Shown: piece after piece, positions 1 through 10,555 of the stretch
How the letters are laid out: the number at the start of each line of letters is the position of its first letter
Position numbering within the stretch: position 1 is the first letter of the stretch
Assembly (NCBI GenBank): GCA_963737155.1
Contig: CAVTRN010000002.1
Span: 448,001 to 512,000 of the forward strand
Reading direction: 5' to 3'
Source: Nitrospirota bacterium
GTDB taxonomy: Bacteria; Nitrospirota; UBA9217
DNA: 64,000 bases
The notes under the pieces: generated by a model
What the model was told of the DNA's origin: nothing
Seen by the model: only the letters and a program-made list of their open reading frames with translations
Databases searched by the model: none
Position numbers and translations under genes: made by a program

Positions 1-115
1 ATATGATTTAATCAAAAATAACAGTCCCAACCGTATTTTATATCTGATCCTTATATGCTCTACGGGTTGTAAACTACCCATACTTAATAGACAGACTCAA
101 AAATAAGGAGTTTAA

Positions 116-1291
116 ATGCAGACGACCATCGCGCAGAAGAACGAGCTTCCTGTTGGGGAACTCATCACATCTAACGAGTTGGTCGCACCTCAGATTATTG
201 TGAACAAGGTAGCTGAGCGGTTTTTCGGCACAACTGACTTGGATGCAATCGCCGTGGTCGAGAAGAAAGAACCCGTCGGCCTTGCAACGAGGACGAAGCT
301 GCTTTTTACGCTGTTCCGAAGATATGGATTCGAACTTTACGGAAAATACCCAATAATAGCCTTAGCTGACAAGACTCCTCTCATCGTGCGCGAGAGTGAG
401 CGGCTTGATGTTGTCATTGACAAGGCCTTAGAGCGGCTGCCGCAGGACATCTACGACGAGATCATCGTAATCTATGCGGATGGCACCTATAAAGGCCTTT
501 TGTCGGTCAAGCAGCTCGTGATCCAGCAAAGCAACGCTCTGGCAAGCAGCATTCTTCAAAAGGAAATAGCCAGTGCTCGGGCGCAGGAGCTTGAAAAAAT
601 CAATCAGGTAAAATCGCAGTTTCTCGCCAACGTCACCCATGAACTTCGGTCTCCGGTGAATGCCATAATCGGACTTGCCGAGCTTCTGCGTATGTCGGCA
701 GAAAAGGGCTCGATCGAACAGATAAAAGAACGCCTCTCTTTTATGATCTCGAGCGCGACAAGCCTCAGAACTATTATCACGAATATCCTGGATTTGTCGA
801 AGATTGACGCAGGAAAAATGGTTGTGGCGTTTCAGGAGGTTAATGTTGTATCACTCATATCCGAAATTGCGGAAACAGCCCGCATCCTTATCGGGAAAAA
901 ACCAGTGACCGTGGAGGTAACGGCGCCTACGAAGACAGTGATGCTAAATACGGATCCCATAAAACTGAGACAAATCCTCATGAACCTTACAAGCAATGCG
1001 GCGAAATTTACCGAATCCGGCAGAATCGAGATTAAGCTCTCTGTCCTCGGAAGCAGTCTGGCAATCGCCGTCAGCGACACCGGTATTGGTATAAAAGAAG
1101 AGGACCTTGGTAAACTCTTCGCTGCCTTCAGCCAGATCGAAGACGCCAAAACAAAGAAACACGAGGGCACGGGGCTCGGACTGAAGATCAGCAAGAATCT
1201 AGTGGAGCTTATCGGCGGGACAATCTCGATCACAAGCATCTATGGAGAGGGGACGACGTTCGTCTTATCGTTTCCGTCACAAATAAATTAA
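116..1291 (+). CDS. Sensor histidine kinase with N-terminal CBS-like pair
   Basis: H-box FLANVTHELRSP, N-box NLTSNAAKFT, G1 DTGIGI and G2 GTGLGL; RBS AGGAG; no transmembrane segment. Confidence 0.9.
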   Translation: MQTTIAQKNELPVGELITSNELVAPQIIVNKVAERFFGTTDLDAIAVVEKKEPVGLATRTKLLFTLFRRYGFELYGKYPIIALADKTPLIVRESERLDVVIDKALERLPQDIYDEIIVIYADGTYKGLLSVKQLVIQQSNALASSILQKEIASARAQELEKINQVKSQFLANVTHELRSPVNAIIGLAELLRMSAEKGSIEQIKERLSFMISSATSLRTIITNILDLSKIDAGKMVVAFQEVNVVSLISEIAETARILIGKKPVTVEVTAPTKTVMLNTDPIKLRQILMNLTSNAAKFTESGRIEIKLSVLGSSLAIAVSDTGIGIKEEDLGKLFAAFSQIEDAKTKKHEGTGLGLKISKNLVELIGGTISITSIYGEGTTFVLSFPSQIN

Positions 1292-1312
1292 GAAGACAGA
1301 GAGGGTTTTACA

Positions 1313-1684
1313 ATGCAGAATAAAAAAAGAGTGCTCATAATCGATGATGACGAGTTGCATCTTTACACCACGAAAGAGCTAATTCAGAATGAATATATCG
1401 AGGTCGATACACATAAAAATTGGCCTGGCGCAACTAATCGTATAAAAGACTTCCAGCCCGATCTCGTGCTTCTCGACATAAATATGCCTGGGCTCTCCGG
1501 GGATAAGCTCGCTGAAGTCATCAAACCTTACTGCGATTTGGCGCAGACTTCGATTGTCTTTCATTCGTCCAACGACGAAGATAGCCTAAGAGAACTTGTT
1601 AAAACGCACAGTGTTAAAGGATATATTTGCAAAGGCGATATCAAGGACTTGCGAAGCAAGGTCAATCAGTATCTCAATTTATAG
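1313..1684 (+). CDS. Single-domain response regulator
   Basis: Receiver motifs LIIDDD, LLDINMPG and YICK; directly downstream of the kinase. Confidence 0.88.
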   Translation: MQNKKRVLIIDDDELHLYTTKELIQNEYIEVDTHKNWPGATNRIKDFQPDLVLLDINMPGLSGDKLAEVIKPYCDLAQTSIVFHSSNDEDSLRELVKTHSVKGYICKGDIKDLRSKVNQYLNL

Positions 1685-1764
1685 GCTGCCAGGAAGGCTC
1701 TACAAGAGGTGATCATACTTGAAGTGAAAGATGCAAGAAAATACTTGTCGTTGACAATGCGGTG

Positions 1765-3948
1765 CTACCCGTGACTTTGCCATGGATCGTATGGCGCTTG
1801 GGGCACGGCATACTCAAACATTCCCCGCGCATCGCTGCTTTTAACCGGTTTTGAGAACAGGTAGCCTTGACCATACTCGCAGTTTAGCATTTTGATCTGC
1901 GCCACCTGAATCGGCGTTTCCAGGCCTTCTGCAATTACATCAATTTTCATGTCATGCGCCAGCAATATGATTGTCCTGACGATCTGCTGGTTTTCGCCAT
2001 TTGCACCCATATTGTTGATAAACGAACGATCGATCTTGAGTCCGTCGATGGGCAGTCGGTGGAGATAACTGAGTGAGGAATAACCAGTCCCGAAGTCATC
2101 AATAAAAAGCCGGACTCCCAGCGCCTTCAAACGAGATAGCCTGCTGATCGCTTCCTCAGGGTTTTCGATGATGACGCTTTCCGTAATCTCTAGTTTCAAG
2201 GCATTGGGATTCAGCCCGGTATCGTTAAGAACTTGCTGAACGAAATCAACCAGATCAGACTGGACCATCTGCTTATTCGACATGTTGACACTTATGAAGT
2301 CTGGTGAGTACTCCATGCATTCCTTCTGCCATTCGACCATCTGCCTGCATGATTCGCGGAGTACCAGCCTGTCTATGGCTACAATCATGCCTGTTTCCTC
2401 TGCCATCTGTACAAAGGCCCCTGGCAACATGAGTCCGCGGTCAGGGTGCTGCCAGCGGACAAGGGCTTCAAATCCGGCAAGACGATTCGTATCCAGTGAG
2501 TAAATCGGCTGATAAAATACTTCAAACTCCTTGCGCGCAATGGCTCTTCTGAGATCGGTTTCCAGATGCATCCGTTCGAGAGCATGTGCGTGCATTCCCG
2601 GCTCAAAAACGGTAAATTGCTCCCGGTCGCTCGACTTTGCCTGATACATGGCTGTATCGGCATCGCGAAGAATCTGATCCGGGTTCTCATAGACCGGCGA
2701 ACCAAGCGCGATGCCGATGCTAGCGGCAGTGAATACATCGTGACCGCCCACGGTGAAGGACGACTCTAAAGCCGTGCCGATACGCTCGGCGATATATGTG
2801 GCATTGGACAGCCCGCCGATGTCCTCAAGGAGGACAACGAATTCGTCTCCTCCAAGACGGGCGATTGTATCGTGCGGTCTGAGACAGGTAACGAGGCGTT
2901 TACCGAACTCAATGAGAAGCTGATCGCCAACTCCATGACCAAGACTGTCATTGATCACTTTGAAACGATCAAGGTCGAGAAACAGCACAGCATAGAGGTA
3001 TTCTTTATGGCGCTTTGAAATCTGAATTGCATGTCTCAGACGGTCGATGAAAAGCGCTCGGTTTGGCAGGTTAGTCAATGCGTCATGAAACGCGTCATGC
3101 TGAAGCTGATTCTCGATTGTTTTCCGCAAATTGATTTCCATCAAAAGCTCCGCGGTGTGTTTCTCAACCTGTGTACGGTAAGTGCTGAGGCTATGACGCA
3201 TCTTATCGAAAGATTGAACTAGATCGGCGGTCTCATCGTTTGTATGCACTTCGATGGGGGAATCAAATTTTCCTTCCACAATATCTTGTGTCGCAGACTT
3301 GAGCTGTATCAATGGCTGTGTAATGTTGTCAGTGATGAAAATGGCCAGGATAATAATAGCGGTGATCGCGATCAGTAACATAATAAGGAGAATTATCCGA
3401 TTATTTGCAATCTTATTCACCTCCTGGCCCGTCCTGACGGCATAGATATTTATCTGCTCTCCGACCAGTCCCTGGATAACGGACTTCGTATCTCGCCACA
3501 TTGGTACTTCCTTCTGCACAAGCAAGTCCGCTGCTTCCTTTGCCTTCCCTGCGATAGCGAGGCGCTGGACCTCCAGTTGTAGTTCGTGATTTTTGGCCCA
3601 GAGATATTTTATTTTCATCAATCGATCACGCATGGAAATGGGCGCATGCTGAGATGCCTGTGCCATATATTCCCCGAATGATTTATCCGCTATTTCGTAG
3701 TTTTGCTTTGCCTTATCGTCAGAGGGATTGATTAAGATGTTTCGTGTAGCTTGGCCTGTTTGCAGGCCCTCGACATACATACCGTTCAGAGGGGCCAGCA
3801 ACTCTAAGTCCGTATCGACCATAGTCGCAATTGTCTTTTCCGCGCTACTGCTTTGAAGGAACGAAAGCGTTCCGATGACACCCATACTGACGATGGTCAG
3901 AGCGATGAGAACAGTTAATTTACCCCGAATTTTTAATTGTTTAAACAT
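1765..3948 (-). CDS. Membrane diguanylate cyclase/phosphodiesterase (periplasmic sensor-HAMP-GGDEF-EAL)
   Basis: Two TM helices, HAMP, ARLGGDEF, FEALVRW and DDFGTGYSS; start moved to the ATG at 3948 (MFKQLK). Confidence 0.92.
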   Translation of the reverse strand: MFKQLKIRGKLTVLIALTIVSMGVIGTLSFLQSSSAEKTIATMVDTDLELLAPLNGMYVEGLQTGQATRNILINPSDDKAKQNYEIADKSFGEYMAQASQHAPISMRDRLMKIKYLWAKNHELQLEVQRLAIAGKAKEAADLLVQKEVPMWRDTKSVIQGLVGEQINIYAVRTGQEVNKIANNRIILLIMLLIAITAIIILAIFITDNITQPLIQLKSATQDIVEGKFDSPIEVHTNDETADLVQSFDKMRHSLSTYRTQVEKHTAELLMEINLRKTIENQLQHDAFHDALTNLPNRALFIDRLRHAIQISKRHKEYLYAVLFLDLDRFKVINDSLGHGVGDQLLIEFGKRLVTCLRPHDTIARLGGDEFVVLLEDIGGLSNATYIAERIGTALESSFTVGGHDVFTAASIGIALGSPVYENPDQILRDADTAMYQAKSSDREQFTVFEPGMHAHALERMHLETDLRRAIARKEFEVFYQPIYSLDTNRLAGFEALVRWQHPDRGLMLPGAFVQMAEETGMIVAIDRLVLRESCRQMVEWQKECMEYSPDFISVNMSNKQMVQSDLVDFVQQVLNDTGLNPNALKLEITESVIIENPEEAISRLSRLKALGVRLFIDDFGTGYSSLSYLHRLPIDGLKIDRSFINNMGANGENQQIVRTIILLAHDMKIDVIAEGLETPIQVAQIKMLNCEYGQGYLFSKPVKSSDARGMFEYAVPQAPYDPWQSHG

Positions 3949-5223
3949 CTTCTCACCCGCTGATTGTATGAGGCTTCTGACATGGCTATACCGACATTGC
4001 CTTGGTGATGCGATGTAATTCCTTTGATCGAACCAGTTGATAATTGAAATCGCAGAGCCCAAGGCTGGGAGATAAGAATAATCAACAGGGCTGATAGCGA
4101 AAACCCTCTAGTCTCATTTTATAATACATGAATGTTCGTCAGCGGCATCATGTAATCTTTTACGGTGAGATCAACTTTCGTTATATCCCAGAACTACACG
4201 AGGAGTCGGATGTGGTCAGATTTTGAAGCATCATATTTAAATGAGGTCAAGCTATCTTCTAAGGAAATCAAAACACCCTAACCGTCATGACCAGCGGTCT
4301 TGTCTTCATGTCCATTCTTTCGAAGTGATCAAAAATGTCAATCGATATGAGCAATGAAGTGGTCTCGTTTTACATGAGAGGCACAAGTCTAAACTGCATA
4401 TCTCATAACGACATATATTATCAGGTACTCTTTATTGTTGAATTATGTGCAATTCCAAAGGTGAGTTCACCGATTAAGACGTGATCACTGAGCATTTGAT
4501 GTTTGTATACATATCGGTCTTTCCCCTGTAAGCTTTAAGAAATTCAAAATTTATTTTAAGAATAAGCAATAGGGGAAGGGGCTAATAAGCATAATAATTA
4601 TTATCACAAGTCTGAACGCAGTTCAAATTAAGATCGTGTTACAGATGGGAAAAATTAAAATAAACAAGGTGATGTTGCGGTGTTTGCAAAATATTTGTCC
4701 CTAATTCAGAGACCATAAAGTGCCGGTAGACGTAATTCACGGCGTTTTGCTTTGAACGAGGCGAACGTGCTTTAAAATTTTGCCACTATCGGTTTGAGTA
4801 TGAACCTCACGGGTTTTAACTATCTGTACCGCTGACGGAAATAACGGTCTCATGCATGATGTGACTCGTTTCGACGTAATAGTATTGTTTGCATTCGCCG
4901 TTGGGGGCAGACGCAACAATGGTTTAGTTGTCGATTAACATTTTCAACTGTAATTTGCAATCACGATAAACAAACATATAGTTCCGCTTATTCTCTGGGG
5001 TCGAGTCTGTTTCTCCGATTGCATTGCCCGCATTCTGCATGCCAACTACCGTTCCTGGTAATTTCTCAGCCAAGAGCGCGTGGCCTGCCACTTTGGTGTT
5101 ACAGCCTATGAAATCCTTTTTACGAATTAAGCTCGTCTGACGGCGCCTTGACATCTACCCTGCAGACAGTAAAGTTAAACTAGAATTGCAACGAGAAAGA
5201 TGATAGCAAAGGAGGTGAAAGCA

Positions 5224-5427
5224 ATGACGTACAGCATGACATGCAGTTGCGGCCACGTAATGACGGTCCAAGGCAATACGAGAGACGAAGCCGCCAAGAA
5301 CATGAAGGCATTGATGACTGAAGAATCGGTGACTGAACATATGGCACAGAAACACGCGGGAGAAAAAGCGCCTACAGTCGGGCAAGTGCACGCAATGATC
5401 GAGCAAGGATTGAAGGCTACAGCGTAA
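5224..5427 (+). CDS. Small putative metal-binding protein (DUF1059-like)
   Basis: RBS AGGAGG before ATG 5224; CSCGH at the N-terminus and EHMAQKH motif; followed by a terminator. Confidence 0.7.
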   Translation: MTYSMTCSCGHVMTVQGNTRDEAAKNMKALMTEESVTEHMAQKHAGEKAPTVGQVHAMIEQGLKATA

Positions 5428-5458
5428 CATCTCTCGGGTCGATTTTGATAATGTTCTG

Positions 5459-5486
5459 CCCGCAAACTCCGGTCTGCGGGTTTTTT
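5459..5486 (+). terminator. Rho-independent terminator
   Basis: CCCGCA...TGCGGG stem followed by TTTTTT. Confidence 0.7.
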
Positions 5487-5653
5487 CTGTAGGAGCAGAA
5501 CCACCGGACACAATCAGGCGGGACACAGAGATGAATATTGATGAAAAAGATTGTTCATGACATCAACGCACAATTCCATGTACGCAGTTCCCTCTATTCG
5601 GATAAAAAACAACAAGGTTATCGTTTCAGCTTGGCTAAGAACGCATGAGGTTA

Positions 5654-6517
5654 TTATTGGTCGCGTTCTTTCGAGGCTTCTTTCTGGCGAGGGGTAAGTA
5701 TTTCCTGCACTTCCAGAAAATCTTCAACGCCTAAAGCGACAAATAAACTTTTAATATCGCTTCCCGGGGTTTTAGCGAGGGTATTTTCATTATCCGGCAT
5801 TGGGGATTTCAACACCAGCTTCCCGTATTTGCCAAAGCTGTCTTCCGTAAGGGCTTCAGCCAGTTTAATAATGCCAGCGACAGAAAGATAATATTCATCA
5901 AATTCCAGCGCTGACATGTCAAGAACCTGATTCAAGGAAGGATCGAGGCCGAGCCGGTCAATGATGCGAGCCGCCAAATGCCTCTGGTTTTTTTGAATAA
6001 AGTCATCAGCAATGTGCATACCTATTTCGCGAGCCTTCATGAGTATGTTTCCCCCGAGTTGGGCAAGCAAACCCCCTGTTTCTATTTTTCGGACGATTTC
6101 GTCCTTCATGTTCATCTCTTCTGCGATAATTCTACCGAGTATTCCGATGCTTGCGCTTTTCGCTGCCCGTTTTCTGGCCGCTGGTCCCTTGTCGAGGAAA
6201 AACAGGGATACGGAAAAGAGGAGAAGCTTGACCCGTTCCGCGCCCATGAGTATAACGGCACTGAAAAAGTCCGGAACCTCTCCATGGCTCATGCGGTTGA
6301 AATAAATCGAGTGGGCTATCTTCAGTATTGTCGCGGAAACTTCTGGATTGTTGACAGATATTTTCACCCCCAGATCCTGAAGCTTTCGTTTGCTCGCATT
6401 CACATCATCCAGTATGTTCAGCTCGGAAAAATCAACTCCCAGATTCATGCGGGAGAATATTGCATTTTCAATGTTTTCAAGGGATTTCAAATCTTCGTGG
6501 GGGATGGAATTTACCAT
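5654..6517 (-). CDS. HDOD-domain protein (degenerate HD)
   Basis: NPEVSATILKIAHSIYF...SAVILMG matches HDOD; GLLAQLG replaces GLLHDIG; RBS AGGAG. Confidence 0.78.
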   Translation of the reverse strand: MVNSIPHEDLKSLENIENAIFSRMNLGVDFSELNILDDVNASKRKLQDLGVKISVNNPEVSATILKIAHSIYFNRMSHGEVPDFFSAVILMGAERVKLLLFSVSLFFLDKGPAARKRAAKSASIGILGRIIAEEMNMKDEIVRKIETGGLLAQLGGNILMKAREIGMHIADDFIQKNQRHLAARIIDRLGLDPSLNQVLDMSALEFDEYYLSVAGIIKLAEALTEDSFGKYGKLVLKSPMPDNENTLAKTPGSDIKSLFVALGVEDFLEVQEILTPRQKEASKERDQ

Positions 6518-6781
6518 ATTTCTCCTTTTATCAGATTCCCAAAATTCTCATTTTGGGAAATGATTGAGATATAAAAGCTAGCATGTATCATGTTGGAACT
6601 TCTGTGAAATTCGATTAGTATGCAGTCCTGATTCACCAGACTGAAGCGTCCGTATACTCCGCGTCCAAGCTTGGTATTTCCGATAAATAACTATACAAGT
6701 ATGGTAGCCTTAAATTCCTAAGCGTTTCAAATCAAAGCTCAAATAATTTTTAAACAATAACTCACTAATTACAAGCTTACT

Positions 6782-7340
6782 TGTAGCGCACCCGGTACCC
6801 TGGACACAAGATAAAACTTATGCGACGGCCATCAGTTGATGCTCATTGTATGCTTGTCGCGGACTTTTAAAGCCGAGTTTCTCAACCAGCCAGTACTTGT
6901 TGTATCGCTCGATGAAGTCTGCTAGCGCTATGCGAAGCTCCTCGATGATCCGATAGGTTCGGCCATAGATGACCTGCTCTTTGAGAGTCCGATAAAAGCG
7001 TTCTGCCACGCCGTTGGTTTCCGGCTCGGCAACGTAAGCGAAACTCGGTGCGATCCCCCAGAACTTGATCTGGTTCTGGAAGTGGTCCGCTGCCGCAGGA
7101 TCGCCGCCTCGTTCCTTGAGCGCGGCCTCTACACCCTGGTAGGCTTCGATGCCCAACTCACGGGAGAGAGCATCGATCGATTCGCCGCGAAGCAAACGCA
7201 GGACGACTTCCTTCTTCCTGCCTACGCTCCAGCGGACAACTTCAGGTGAAATAGACGGCTTGACTTCTTTTCCCATTAACGGCCTCCTTGGACTTATGTT
7301 TTAACATAAAATCGTGTCCAAGAAAAGCGGGGCCGCTATA
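6782..7340 (-). mobile_element. Internally deleted, non-autonomous IS (IS3/IS481-like), 559 bp
   Basis: Imperfect terminal IRs TGTAGCGCACCCGG..TGGACAC and TATAGCGGCCCCGC..TGGACAC; direct repeat ATTACAAGCTTACT at 6768-6781 and 7341-7354. Confidence 0.85.
6818..7276 (-). pseudogene. Transposase remnant: HTH N-terminus fused in frame to the rve integrase C-terminus
   Basis: RWSVGRKKEVVLRLLRGES joined to PETNGVAERFYRTLKEQ; the two catalytic Asp regions are missing. Confidence 0.85.
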
Positions 7341-7600
7341 ATTACAAGCTTACTCCTATTTTGACTGATTTTTTGCGTTACCCATGGATAAAGCGTGTAT
7401 CTAATACTTAAGTTGTGCACAAATCAGTAGATCTAAAATGAAGCCAATGCTTTTATTGGGAATAATTGGGCATTTGTAATTTAACATGGGTTTCCCGTGA
7501 TGTAAAGTTCTGTTCACATCGTGGTTAAATCGTAAAATAGTGTCGAAATAAAAATACGACAATGCATACTCAAATCGTAATTTATAGTGGAGGTAGTGTA

Positions 7601-7899
7601 TTAATAACTAAAATTGAAATCCCGATCACGATAAATGACGGGTTCTGCCGTAAATGGCAAAATAAAGAATTTCTTTGTTCGGCTCTGTGCTACGAGAGAA
7701 TTTCGGCTCAGAAAGCGATATTGATGAATGGTCAGTTTCGATGAGAGGGCTGGGTGGGATCTTTTCGATTTAGTCGATATGATATAGGAGTTAAAAGACA
7801 TATTCGGTAGCGATGTTGATCTTGTAGAAAAAGGAGCAATTCAAAACCCATTCCGGCGGTATGCTATCATGACAAATAATGAGGTGCTCTGCAGCCTAA
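7601..7899 (+). pseudogene. MNT nucleotidyltransferase antitoxin (type VII TA), decayed
   Basis: Reading across frameshifts gives FCRKWQ..LFGSVLRENFGSESDID..WDLFDLVDMI*ELKDIFGSDVDLVEKGAIQNPFRR; in-frame TAG at 7785-7787. Confidence 0.8.
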
Positions 7900-8201
7900 T
7901 GAGAGGGACGCTGCCTACTTGTGGGATATGCTGGAGGCTGCTAAAACAATTCTGCATTTCAAAGGAGGCTTGATATTTCATCATTATCAACAGGGGAAAA
8001 AGGCTAAAACTCGCGATTGAACGTTCCATTGAAATCATAGGCGAAGCAGCGTCGAGGTTGTCCAATGAGTTTCGAGAGGCAGAAATTTTCTGGAAAGGGA
8101 TTATAGGACAGCGCAACGTTCTTACCCACGAGTACGATGAGATTAAATATGAGCGAGTATGGGCTGTGGTAACCCAGCATGTCCCCGATCTTATAAAATG
8201 A
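7889..8201 (+). pseudogene. HepT/DUF86 HEPN RNase toxin, frameshifted
   Basis: ERDAAYLWDMLEAA, then a frameshift near 8000, then LAIERSIEIIGEAA..GQRNVLTHEY (RX4HXY); start ATG lost. Confidence 0.82.
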
Positions 8202-8556
8202 GTCCGGTGTTTTTTGACCTCCCATTCACGCTAAATTACGAATCCCCGAATAATTGAAGAATATTGCATGAACAGAATAGCCTTGTATGATGGAATTTGA
8301 ATTAAAGAGATTTTAGTATAAGTACGATGTATCATTTTACCGACCCTCCGGATAATTGCGCAGCAGTAACTGAAGTGCACCAAATAAAAGTAATCAATGG
8401 TGAATGTAACTATGAGAAAATCCCTCTTAGAATATCCTCTAGAACTCTTTGGATGCAGTTAAGTTGCATAGTTGCATACACTCTTGACAATTGCGAATTA
8501 TTGTGGTAATCTTATTCCAAGATTTAATAAATTAAAAAAGAAAAGAGGCGATACAT

Positions 8557-8847
8557 ATGAAAAAGCTACTACTTCTTTTGAGTGTTTTAGTGATCGCTCT
8601 TACCTTCGGATCTGCCTACGCTGGCAGCAAAGATATGAGTGCAGGTGCGTATAATGGGATTACGGTGTTTGAACCGGCTCCTGCTGTAGCACACGGTGTT
8701 GATCTTGGATCAGGCCCCATCTTAGCGAACGGGATCACGGTATTTGAAAGTCGCCCGGCGGAATCCAAGGCGGCAGGATCGGCTGCAGGCAGCTTACGTG
8801 AAACGAAGCCAAGCATGGAACTGAGGAATGGAATTACCGTTTTCTGA
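8557..8847 (+). CDS. Small secreted protein with three NGITVF repeats
   Basis: RBS GAGG; signal peptide ending AYA; repeats YNGITVFE, ANGITVFE and RNGITVF-stop. Confidence 0.85.
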   Translation: MKKLLLLLSVLVIALTFGSAYAGSKDMSAGAYNGITVFEPAPAVAHGVDLGSGPILANGITVFESRPAESKAAGSAAGSLRETKPSMELRNGITVF

Positions 8848-8951
8848 TACACGGACCGCAGAGGAGCAAAGCGAATCGCTCCTAAATTAGAAAAGGTAAT
8901 ACGATTTAGTGGAGGTCTTTAAAGAAAGCGAGAGATGCATCTACTCACATG

Positions 8952-8981
8952 AAAGCAGGCTGAAATTTAGCCTGCTTTTTT
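8952..8981 (+). terminator. Rho-independent terminator (group IIC intron insertion site)
   Basis: AAAGCAGGCT-loop-AGCCTGCTTT stem with a T-tract. Confidence 0.8.
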
Positions 8982-8984
8982 GTT

Positions 8985-9475
8985 GTATGCTAGGCATGGC
9001 ACACTGTACTTTTAGTACGGGCCGTTCAGATAGGGTGTCTGATCGGCGACTCGGAGGTGCAAGTTCCTCTACGGGCCTTGATAGGAGGAACTGTTAGCCG
9101 AACAGCACGGGTGTCCGGGGCGGCCCCGAATCTGAAGGAAGCTGTAAGCAAAGTCCGGCCTGACGAACAGAAACCGCATATGAGGCAGCCACATCTGGGC
9201 GAGAGAGCGATAGCACTCAAAGCCCGATAACCATCCAGCAGGTGTGGAAGTAGATGTGGCGGGTATATGGGATGAAAGTCCTGCGTCTTACGCTGAGACC
9301 TGTCGATTTGCTTTGTGCGATCGATGCCGTAAATTGTTGTGAAAGATCGACAGAAATCAGCAGGGGTGGTAGTAGTCCAGCAACCAACCGGATGAAGCGC
9401 CGAACATGGTAGACCGGTAAGGTGTCGAAGACCCGACGAACGAAGGAGACGCACACAAGAAGGCTGAGATGTAGA
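8985..9475 (+). mobile_element. Group IIC intron 5' fragment (domains I-III; no RT ORF, no DV/DVI)
   Basis: 5' end GTATGCTAGGCATGGC just after a terminator; class C motifs GGGTGTCC..GAATCTGAAGGAAGC, CATATGAGGC, GAAAGTCCTGCGTCTTAC and DIII AGAAATCAGCAG..GTAGTAG..CCGAAC. Confidence 0.8.
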
Positions 9476-10555
9476 TATGATCGAATTTGCCAATAAGACG
9501 CCACAACCGGTATCGGGATTGATGACGCCGTGAAGATGTAGTCTAAATCCTTTCGGGTTATAATTATTGTCAAACAAAACACATTATCCTTTCTATTGAG
9601 TTTTATTATTCGTCGGTATAACTTTAACAGATAAAAGTCGTCATGTTTGCAATCGAGAAGTAAATCAAGCTGTCACAAGGACATGACGCATGAAGCAACG
9701 AAATGAAGGACATTGGTCTTTGATGAGATCCGCTTCGTTATTGTAGACGGTGTGGAATGAGGCATGGGAGCTATATTTCCCCGCCTGTTGTCGAATTTGC
9801 GCCTGCCCATACCCACATAAAGAAATTAGCAGAACTACCGATAAGAATAGCAACAGGAGGCAGATATGCTATTAGTGTACGGTTTATATCAGATCATCCA
9901 GCCTGGTGTCTGGAAGCAGACCATTGAAATTCAGAACGACGGTCACATCATCGGGTTCGTGGATCGTGAAAGAACGCAGACAGGAATAAAGACAAGAACG
10001 CGGAACATGCAGGGCGATGTCGTAGAATACGCATGCTTTGAGTGGCTCCTGCGGCAGACTGGGTGAGGTGTCCAACCCCCTTGGGGCCTGCTTCTTGAAA
10101 TTTTTTAGAACGGAGTTTCATTTCTTATCCTGCCGGGAGCATAATGATTATAATCCACGATATTTTTCTCCCAAAATACGAATTACCCACAACGTTGAGT
10201 TGCGGTCTCATTTATCCAGAATAAATGCGGCTGTTCACACGTCCCGGGAAAAAGGGCAGAAAAAAGAGAATGCCATCAGTTTAATACGTTTCCCTTAAAA
10301 CCATGTTACTAGATGGTAAATTTTATCCGGCAGAGGGAATGTCAACGAACACACATGGTTTTTTAGTTAGCGAATTCTGAATGAAACTTTATGAGATATA
10401 AGAATATCAACTACAAAGATTATAAGAAGAAAATGTTGATGGCAATTTTCAAAAAGAATTATCACATTCCTAACAATTAATTCTCCGAACTCCACCTACT
10501 TTATTGCACTGTCAACAAAACAGTATATGCTCGTGTGCTTAGCACTATGCGTAGG

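Noticed and set aside
8845-8847. Sec readthrough of the TGA ending the NGITVF protein
   Set aside because: There is no redox context and no protein-like continuation; the downstream hairpin fits termination.
9026-9582. Minus-strand ORFs of 183 and 121 aa
   Set aside because: They are antisense to the group II intron RNA and have no protein motifs.
9665-10298. Several 60-90 aa ORFs on both strands
   Set aside because: They overlap each other, lack motifs, and none can be supported as real.
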